Source: a virus (taxonomy: Duplodnaviria; Caudoviricetes). From it: DNA of 61,535 bases. Both the position numbers and the translations under genes were made by a program. Under the pieces are notes generated by a model. That model did not search any database. It had not been told where the DNA came from and saw nothing but the letters and a program-made list of their open reading frames with translations. Shown in pieces: positions 54,961 to 61,535 of this stretch (positions within the stretch are counted from its first letter, which is position 1; every line of letters begins with the position of its first letter). The stretch covers positions 1 through 61,535 of IMG/VR virus record IMGVR_UViG_3300021475_000014; one strand, 5' to 3'.

Positions 54961-55413
54961 CTAGTTGAGGGTGGCCCGGCGCTGCCGGCGCAGCAGCGAT
55001 GAGCGGATGATCGCCTCGGTGATGAGTTGCAGGATCTGGTCCACCCACATCAACCTCTCCGGGGAGTTCACCTGGCGGAGAAGCGTCACGAACGCCTCTT
55101 CGTCGTAGATGATCCGGGCCATGATGATGGCCGCCACCCACTGGTTGATCGGGTCCGCCGCGTCCAGCCCGCGATCGTTGCCCTCATCGTCGTAGAACTG
55201 GATTTCCAGCCCGACGCCGGGTTCACGCCAGCCGCATTCATTCGCCCCGGTGTCGACCCACGCCATGATGGTGAGCGGGAGAACGTTTCCGGTATCAATG
55301 GCGAATAGCTCGTTGTACAACGCCTGGACACCATCGTCGTCCCTACGGACGTTTGCTGTGATCATTTTGTGCGCGATATCGATGATGCGCTGTTTTTCCT
55401 CTGACCGTGGCAT
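54961..55413 (-). CDS. hypothetical protein
   Basis: GAGGAG RBS. Confidence 0.65.
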   Translation of the reverse strand: MPRSEEKQRIIDIAHKMITANVRRDDDGVQALYNELFAIDTGNVLPLTIMAWVDTGANECGWREPGVGLEIQFYDDEGNDRGLDAADPINQWVAAIIMARIIYDEEAFVTLLRQVNSPERLMWVDQILQLITEAIIRSSLLRRQRRATLN

Positions 55414-55463
55414 GGTCGCGACTCCTCGCTATCGATCCCCATCACCAACGACCCGGCGGCCGG

Positions 55464-55778
55464 TCAGGTCGCGTCCTCGTCGTCGTATCCCTGCTGCGGC
55501 ATCCATTTGATCGCCTCGTAGTGCAGCTCCCGGAGAAGCCGGGTGTGCCGCTGAAACACCAGGAACAGTCCGAGCAGGATCATCAACGAGATCGCGAACA
55601 AGATCAGAAATGCGGTCTGCCCGGTCTTTCCGGTGGCGAAGCCGACGGTGACCGCGAGCACGAGGACGGGGCCGATATTGACCATGCTTGCCCACAGCTC
55701 CCACCGTCCCTGCTGATTGCCAATCTCGATCAGCGCTTTCCGGTACTTCTCCGGGTTACCGGGGATCGCGTACCTCAC
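55464..55778 (-). CDS. two-TM membrane protein
   Basis: two hydrophobic helices. Confidence 0.55.
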   Translation of the reverse strand: MRYAIPGNPEKYRKALIEIGNQQGRWELWASMVNIGPVLVLAVTVGFATGKTGQTAFLILFAISLMILLGLFLVFQRHTRLLRELHYEAIKWMPQQGYDDEDAT

Positions 55779-55780
55779 CG

Positions 55781-56143
55781 CTACACACCCCGCTTCGGTG
55801 CATCGCCGCCGCCGAGACTGATCACCGATAGGTCGGCCCCGCTGACGCCGTTGGCCCGCGCGGTTGCGAAAACGCACCAGTAGCACAGCCGTTGCGCCCG
55901 GTCGCGGTGTGCCGCCCAGGCCGCCTGTTGGCGTGGACCGATCCAACACGGCCGCTCGCAGCACTCGCAGGTGATCCGCATGTGTTCGATGGTGACGATC
56001 TCGGTCAGGTCGTACTGGTCGGAGAGCGGCAGCCCGGAAATGTCGACCGGCCGGCATGCCAACAGCAGGATGTCGATGTCGGGCGGGATTGGGCTCTCCA
56101 GCGGCAATCCGAGCGGACTGGTTGGCGGTTCATGGGGTGTCAT
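55781..56143 (-). CDS. Zn-binding hypothetical protein
   Basis: CECCERPCWIGP...LCYWC. Confidence 0.6.
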   Translation of the reverse strand: MTPHEPPTSPLGLPLESPIPPDIDILLLACRPVDISGLPLSDQYDLTEIVTIEHMRITCECCERPCWIGPRQQAAWAAHRDRAQRLCYWCVFATARANGVSGADLSVISLGGGDAPKRGV

Positions 56144-56229
56144 GGTGGTCCCTGCGTGGGTGATGAACATTCGGGGTGGGTGGGTGGGGGACGGTTGGAG
56201 CCTTGCGCTGGGACCATCCCCCACCCTGC

Positions 56230-56877
56230 CTATTCGTCGTCCTCATCCTCGGCGACGACATCTGACGCATCGACGTGCTTACGGGTGACCGGCTGCCCAT
56301 CGACCAGCTCCCACGTGTTGGCCCTGCGGTTCCACAAGGCATCGAAGTCGACGTTGTAACGCGCCCACCGCATCGTGAGGCGTCCCCGCTGATACCGGGC
56401 CATGAACGTGGTCAACGCCGGGATGTCGTCCGGGTACATCCGCAGACCCATCCGCGTCTCGATGAGTCGGACATCGACTATGCCGCGCTCCAACTGCCCG
56501 CGCAGCGTGTTGTGGTGGGTGCCGAGAAGCCGGGCGACTTCGTCAATGGAGATCGTCCGCATGATCTCCAGCGTGATCGGCGACAGTCGCACCTTGGCGC
56601 CTTGGGCGACGATCGGCCCGTACGGCGGATCCGTCTCGGTGATGTTGCCCTGCCGGCAGGACAGCAACCCCTCCCGGGCGATGGTCCGTTGTCCACTGCG
56701 GACAGCGTCATCCATCGACAGACCCGGCTGGTTTTTGCGAGCGTGTCGCGCGGCAATTCCGGGCGGCACCTTGCGCATGACCAGGTCGTGTATCTCGGTA
56801 GTGAGGTGCCATTCCCCGTCGGCCAACACCTCCCGGATGGCTGCCCGAACCGAAAAGTCGGGTCCGGGTGTGGTCAT
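56230..56877 (-). CDS. DNA-binding protein with wHTH and MerR-like HTH segments
   Basis: GGAGG RBS; IREVLADGEWH; SIDEVARLLGTHHNTLR. Confidence 0.6.
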   Translation of the reverse strand: MTTPGPDFSVRAAIREVLADGEWHLTTEIHDLVMRKVPPGIAARHARKNQPGLSMDDAVRSGQRTIAREGLLSCRQGNITETDPPYGPIVAQGAKVRLSPITLEIMRTISIDEVARLLGTHHNTLRGQLERGIVDVRLIETRMGLRMYPDDIPALTTFMARYQRGRLTMRWARYNVDFDALWNRRANTWELVDGQPVTRKHVDASDVVAEDEDDE

Positions 56878-57881
56878 CGTGCGCCCTCCAGCTCTGCCAG
56901 AGCCTTTTGCAGTGTGTTCAGCATGTCGTTCAGCTTGCCAGCCAATTCCTCCCGCTCGCTGTCGGAGGTGTGTTCGATGACCGACGCCATCGGTGGCAGC
57001 ACGCCGATCATGCCGAGCGTCGCCTTCCAGGCCGTCTTCGGACTGCGGACCCGGAGCCCTTTCGTGCCGGACATGTCGCCGGCCTTGCGGGCGCCAATGC
57101 GGTCCGCGTACTCCTCCCGGTGTAGCTCCACAATGGTCAGTTGCTTCGCCGAAGACTTGGTGTCGTTCATTTCGGACACCATCTTGAACGCCGCTTCGGC
57201 GCCGAGGCCGGCGTCGACACACAGCTTCGTGGCGGCGATGAAACCCTCGTCGGTGGACACGTTGTACAGCCGGTTGCGGATGGTGGTCGGTAGCGACTCC
57301 CATTCGGCCCGCCGGATGCCGGCCGCGTCCGCACGGCGGGTTGCGTCGATCTCCGCCTTCGCCTTGCGCAGTAGGCCCGGTGACAGGCTCAGCCGCTTCG
57401 CCGCCTCGGCCAACGGCATTCCGTTGTCCGCCAACCACATTGCGTGGTGCAGGCGTTCCGCGTCGGAGACGTTCTTACCGTGCCGGACGTTGGCCTGGAA
57501 GGTCATGCCGGTCACTACGAGGCCGGAGACGTCCTGCACCACGAAGCCGGCGACCGCATCAAAGTGGGCTTCGATGGCCGCGTGCAGGCGGTGATTACCG
57601 TCGATGACGACGTACTGGCCGGTCTGGTTGCGCCAGAACACCAGCGGCGGGAACTCGTCCCCGTCCAGCATGGCGATCCGATAGCGCTCCACCACGTCCT
57701 TGTCGATGACGTCACCGATGCGAGCCTGGTTTTTCATTGAGCGGGCGACGTCAACGCGATCAAGATTCACCTGTTGGATTGCGTAGTCCACATTCCACTC
57801 GCGCAGCCACTTCTCGATCTCCGGCCACGCGCTGCTGTACTCGTTGTTGTGCAGCCGGCGACCGGCCAATTTGGTAGCCAT
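56874..57881 (-). CDS. ParB/Srx N-terminal domain protein with HTH
   Basis: V.RY...M..G..FPP......VIDGNHRL.A; AN..HG; LAEAAKRLSLS. Confidence 0.8.
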   Translation of the reverse strand: MATKLAGRRLHNNEYSSAWPEIEKWLREWNVDYAIQQVNLDRVDVARSMKNQARIGDVIDKDVVERYRIAMLDGDEFPPLVFWRNQTGQYVVIDGNHRLHAAIEAHFDAVAGFVVQDVSGLVVTGMTFQANVRHGKNVSDAERLHHAMWLADNGMPLAEAAKRLSLSPGLLRKAKAEIDATRRADAAGIRRAEWESLPTTIRNRLYNVSTDEGFIAATKLCVDAGLGAEAAFKMVSEMNDTKSSAKQLTIVELHREEYADRIGARKAGDMSGTKGLRVRSPKTAWKATLGMIGVLPPMASVIEHTSDSEREELAGKLNDMLNTLQKALAELEGAR

Positions 57882-58532
57882 TTAGGCGGCAACCTTCCTC
57901 TTGTAAACGCTCGGATCTTCTTCATTGGGACGACAGACGGTAACGATCGTTAGGGTGTTGGTGTCGATGCACACCCGCATGCCGTTGCGATAGTGCCAAC
58001 GCAGGCCATTGCGAGCGGGCTTCGTGAATACCGGATCGTAGGCGGCTTCCATTGCCTGAACGACTGGGATTTCGCGTTCGACCGCACGTTCGATGGCGTG
58101 TGTACTGAGGTGGTAGCCGCTGGACGCAGCCCGGTCGGCCATGGTTTTGGACTCCAACATCCGAGCATCGACCTGCCCCTGCTCTACCCGGACCAGGATC
58201 GGCGCTGCCGCAGCCTCGGCGGCGGCGGCTTGCGCCGCGATCAGGGCACGCCGGGCTTCTCTCATCGACATAACGGGCAGGTCGCTCTTGTCTTCGATGG
58301 CGAGCTGGCGGCGTGGCTGCGGGGCGGCACGCTGCGTCCGCGCTGCTACCGGTTCCGGGGCGTGCACGCCGGGTCCCTGTTGCGCGACCAGCGTCCAGGA
58401 CCGCATGTCCAGTTCGAACAGGTCGGCGTGTGCAACGCAAAGGTCCAGGGTGAAATGCTCATTGCCGAGGCAGAACGTGACTGTCTTGTCGGCAAATGTC
58501 GGGTTGAAACACCGCACACATGTTCGACTCAT
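57882..58532 (-). CDS. Lsr2 dimerisation-like domain fused to DUF4258-like domain
   Basis: AD.TV.F.L....F.LDL...HA......W; C-terminal LSTHA.ER..ER.I...A...P...IVTV. Confidence 0.55.
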   Translation of the reverse strand: MSRTCVRCFNPTFADKTVTFCLGNEHFTLDLCVAHADLFELDMRSWTLVAQQGPGVHAPEPVAARTQRAAPQPRRQLAIEDKSDLPVMSMREARRALIAAQAAAAEAAAAPILVRVEQGQVDARMLESKTMADRAASSGYHLSTHAIERAVEREIPVVQAMEAAYDPVFTKPARNGLRWHYRNGMRVCIDTNTLTIVTVCRPNEEDPSVYKRKVAA

Positions 58533-58703
58533 GTTAGCGCTCGCATCGCGTCCATTTGTTGATCTACGCTCCTTCACATATTGCGAATCTTGCGTCACCG
58601 GGAGTATTGACATGCGTCACGCCCTGCTGCAACCCCCTGGCCCCGTAAAAGTCACCTTTTACCCTGCCAATATTCATTGATCCAGCAGAAGTTGCTGACG
58701 CAA

Positions 58704-58976
58704 CTAGTGTCGATGATCGGCGAGGATTGGCCCGTAGTCACCACCTCCCCGCTGTGTCCAGTCTTCCCGGTAGTGGAGCTGGCCCCGCCACACGTTGTAC
58801 GTCCACAAGCCGGCCGCCAGCGCCGTCTTTTCGTCCACCGGCACCAGGTCCACAGTGGTGGGGATGCCCTCGGACAAGCCGTGCAGCACCCACCGCCGGC
58901 ACACCTTGCAGCGCGCCACGGTCGCCTCGGTCGTCACCAGGAACCGGGAGCTGTACTTCGTGGATGGCGCGCTCAT
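58704..58976 (-). CDS. hypothetical Zn-binding protein
   Basis: GGAGGA RBS; RCKVC...G....VD..P. Confidence 0.6.
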   Translation of the reverse strand: MSAPSTKYSSRFLVTTEATVARCKVCRRWVLHGLSEGIPTTVDLVPVDEKTALAAGLWTYNVWRGQLHYREDWTQRGGGDYGPILADHRH

Positions 58977-61402
58977 TCGATCTCCTCCGCCAACACGGTG
59001 ATGTTGGTGTAGAAGCCGCCCTTGCTGTCGCGGGTTTCGCCGACGCCGAGGTTGCGCAGCGCCTTCGTCAGCATGATGTTGCTCAGCGGTGCACTGATCC
59101 CCTGCGTGGCGCACCACCGCTGGTATTCCTTGTAGACGGCGTTCTTGCGGACCTTGACTGCGTCACCGCCGCCGAGCAGGCAGCGCTCGTCCAGGAACTC
59201 CCCTGACGCACCGGCGGCTTCCCGCTCGTACTCGCCGGTCGCGGCCGACACCTTTGCCGGCGCCGTCAAGCCTTCCCGGTGGTAGGCGATGCAGCCCTCG
59301 ATGAGCCAGTACAGGATGGCGTTGCCGTACTCCGGGGTCTGGAACAGTTCGCCGAGGGTGTTGTCCTTTTTGTCGTCGGGCACCCGGTGCAGGAACGGGA
59401 TGACCCGCACCCGGCGGAAGAATGCGGAGCCTCCGCGCTTGACGATCGGCTTGTCGTTGGCCATCAACCACAGGGTGCACTTCGGAATGAACGAGTGCAT
59501 CTGGTTGGCGTACAGCACGCGGCAGGTGATGGCGTCCCCACCGGAGAGTTCCTTCAATCGCTGCTCATCGAATTGCGCCGCGTCGGCCACTTCCGCCGCG
59601 AGCACGAACCGGGGACCGTCGAGGGCCAACAGTTCGGTGGGGTGCGGGCCGTTGGTGCGCACCATGAACCATTCGCTGTTGGCCTTCAGCGCGTAGCTGC
59701 CGAGGATGTGTCGCACCGTCTCCAGCAGAACCGTCTTGCCGTTCTGTCCGGTGTGGCCATAGCACAGGGCGATGATTTGTTCCTGATTGTGGCCGAGCAG
59801 GCTGTAGCCCAATAGTTTCTGGACGTAGGCCGTCAGTTCGCGGTCAGCCTGGAAGATTTCGTCCAGGAACTGGAACCAGCGTGGCGCGTGCGCGTTCGGG
59901 TCGGGGGTGTAGTTGCTGATTCGGGTGATCAGGAATTCGGGATTGTGCGGGCCGATCAGCCCCGTCCGCACGTCGACAATTCCGCCGGCCGTGTTGAACA
60001 GGTGCGCGTCGGCATCCCAACCATCGGCCGGGATTTGGAGTGTCGGGCTGCGCCGGGCGAGCTGTTCCACGCCGGAGAGAAAGCCGGACGCCGTGCAGCG
60101 GCCGGTGCCTTTCGGGTCGGGCAGGTCGCGGCAGACCTGTTCGATGAGTCGCCAGTGTGTTCCCTGGCGATCGTCCTGCAACACCCAAGCCCCGCCCTCG
60201 TAGACAAACCAGCCCAGCCGGGCGGTTGAGCGCACGATGGGGCGACACCGTTGCGCGAAAGAATCGGCAATCTCCAGTTGCCCAACGAGCTTGGACTTGG
60301 TCGGTTGCGGCACATTTAAATCTATTGTCGTGATGGGTGTCGATACCGCGGGCTTGGATTGTGGCAGCAGCGCCGCGATCAGGTCCGCTTGCGTCTCCTG
60401 CTCGTCGCCGAATCCGAGTGCCTTCAACGCTTTCGCCGCCACCGAGTGGTCGCCGCCGTGGTTGAGCAGGGCGTATGCGCCGAACTTGGTGTAGGGCCGT
60501 TCCGGGTCGAAAACGGTGGACGAGGAAAACACGTACAGCCGGTCCCGGTCGGCGGCGTTGCCGGTGGTGGCCGAGGTGAACAGGCCAGCCTTGCCGGGCC
60601 GGCACCACTTCGTGGTGCGCCCCTCGCGGCCGACAACGCGCCAGCCGTGCGGTTGCAGGATTTCCGCCCAGGTGGTGCGTGCTTCGAAGTCGTCGCCGGG
60701 ACGCAACCCGGTGTGCCCGGCCTGCGGTGGGAGCGGGTCCGGTACCGGGGTGGAGAACAGCATGTCGTCGCACTCGGCGCGCATCACCCGCACCAGGCTC
60801 TCCCGTTGGGAGCCGGTGATGGTGGGGATGGTGGCCGGCTGCCCCGCAACGACCGTCCAGGACCGTCCTGACGGGTGCGTGGTGCCATTGCTGGGCGCAG
60901 TCACCACCCAACCGCCTTCGCCGCGCGTCTCGATCAGCACCTTGATCCGGTCGTCGGGTGCCACCGACAACTCCGCCTCGGTGGCGGGCCGGCGGGCAAT
61001 CTTGGTGTTGCCCGGTACCGGGACGTCGCTGACGTAGAAGTACAGGTGCCGGCCGCCGGTGGGCGACTCCTCGATGTAGCCGGTGGTGATCTGCTGCCAC
61101 AGCTCGCCGAGCCCGAGCGCCTCGCACGCGGCGGCGACCGCCTCGTAGGCGCCCTCGTCCATGGCGCGGGCTTCGAACTCGACCATCTCCAGTCCGCCGG
61201 AAATCTTGCCGCACACCACACCCATGCCGGCGTGCCCGGCGGCGAACCAGGAGGCCAGGTCGTTGAGGTCGGGGCGGCGGGTCTGGAACTGTTTCCAGCC
61301 GGTCAGGCCGGGGCGCTTGGATCCATCGGTGGCAGCCGGCAGCACGCAGGCGCCGACCTGCCACCACGCCAGAGCGGCGTTGAACACCGCGTCGTCGGCC
61401 AT
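58973..61402 (-). CDS. bifunctional primase/polymerase fused to P4/D5-type SF3 helicase
   Basis: GSKRP..WK.FQ, G..CG.ISG, GGRHLY, ETRGEGG.VV.APS; YGHTGQNGKT Walker A, KELSGGD.I..R, MAN.KP, FFRR. Confidence 0.92.
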   Translation of the reverse strand: MADDAVFNAALAWWQVGACVLPAATDGSKRPGLTGWKQFQTRRPDLNDLASWFAAGHAGMGVVCGKISGGLEMVEFEARAMDEGAYEAVAAACEALGLGELWQQITTGYIEESPTGGRHLYFYVSDVPVPGNTKIARRPATEAELSVAPDDRIKVLIETRGEGGWVVTAPSNGTTHPSGRSWTVVAGQPATIPTITGSQRESLVRVMRAECDDMLFSTPVPDPLPPQAGHTGLRPGDDFEARTTWAEILQPHGWRVVGREGRTTKWCRPGKAGLFTSATTGNAADRDRLYVFSSSTVFDPERPYTKFGAYALLNHGGDHSVAAKALKALGFGDEQETQADLIAALLPQSKPAVSTPITTIDLNVPQPTKSKLVGQLEIADSFAQRCRPIVRSTARLGWFVYEGGAWVLQDDRQGTHWRLIEQVCRDLPDPKGTGRCTASGFLSGVEQLARRSPTLQIPADGWDADAHLFNTAGGIVDVRTGLIGPHNPEFLITRISNYTPDPNAHAPRWFQFLDEIFQADRELTAYVQKLLGYSLLGHNQEQIIALCYGHTGQNGKTVLLETVRHILGSYALKANSEWFMVRTNGPHPTELLALDGPRFVLAAEVADAAQFDEQRLKELSGGDAITCRVLYANQMHSFIPKCTLWLMANDKPIVKRGGSAFFRRVRVIPFLHRVPDDKKDNTLGELFQTPEYGNAILYWLIEGCIAYHREGLTAPAKVSAATGEYEREAAGASGEFLDERCLLGGGDAVKVRKNAVYKEYQRWCATQGISAPLSNIMLTKALRNLGVGETRDSKGGFYTNITVLAEEIE

Positions 61403-61409
61403 CTGGAAT

Positions 61410-61535
61410 CCTTCCGTCGCGCGAGGGGTTGGGGTGTGGCGGGCCAGGTAGCTTCACTGTCCCTCCACCCGGCGGGGATATCGGAGTCACCCGCCGGGTG
61501 GGGTTCAACGTGGCAGTAAGGCCACCTGGCACCGC
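61410..61535. repeat. 126-bp terminal direct repeat, right copy
   Basis: identical to 13-138. Confidence 0.95.

Overview
The window appears to be one complete, circularly closing genome of a high-GC actinobacterial siphophage (about 61.4 kb unique; bases 13-138 repeat as 61410-61535). It is probably temperate. A Micromonosporaceae/Streptomyces-like host is an inference from GC content and gene content. Modules: replication/recombination (prim-pol/SF3 helicase, SSB, Cas4-like exonuclease); a long minus-strand run of small accessory genes (DHFR, Uma2 nuclease, RHH/HTH proteins) driven by a six-fold repeated promoter/operator cassette; a 1.4 kb non-coding ori/pac-like region; an unusually split, divergent virion module (portal, protease, adaptor and major tail leftwards; hexamer/pentamer-type capsid, PKD proteins, three paralogous fibres, tape measure, minor tails and lysin rightwards); a distant terminase large subunit; and a tyrosine integrase. 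The most striking unexplained element is at 50190-51267 (minus strand). A conserved protein of unknown function is followed by an approximately 300-nt structured non-coding RNA. The RNA contains a circularly permuted tRNA-like domain (T-arm, acceptor 3' strand + UCCA, 5-nt linker, acceptor 5' strand, D-arm; no anticodon loop) and single-stranded tracts with 6-nt periodicity, and no Ro60 gene is recognisable in the genome. Other notable items: a 15-bp asymmetric motif (AGGTGCGGGGAAAGT) at nine gene starts or junctions, a serine recombinase lacking its catalytic domain, and an Lsr2-N/DUF4258-like fusion. All family assignments are from motif recognition by eye, without database searches.
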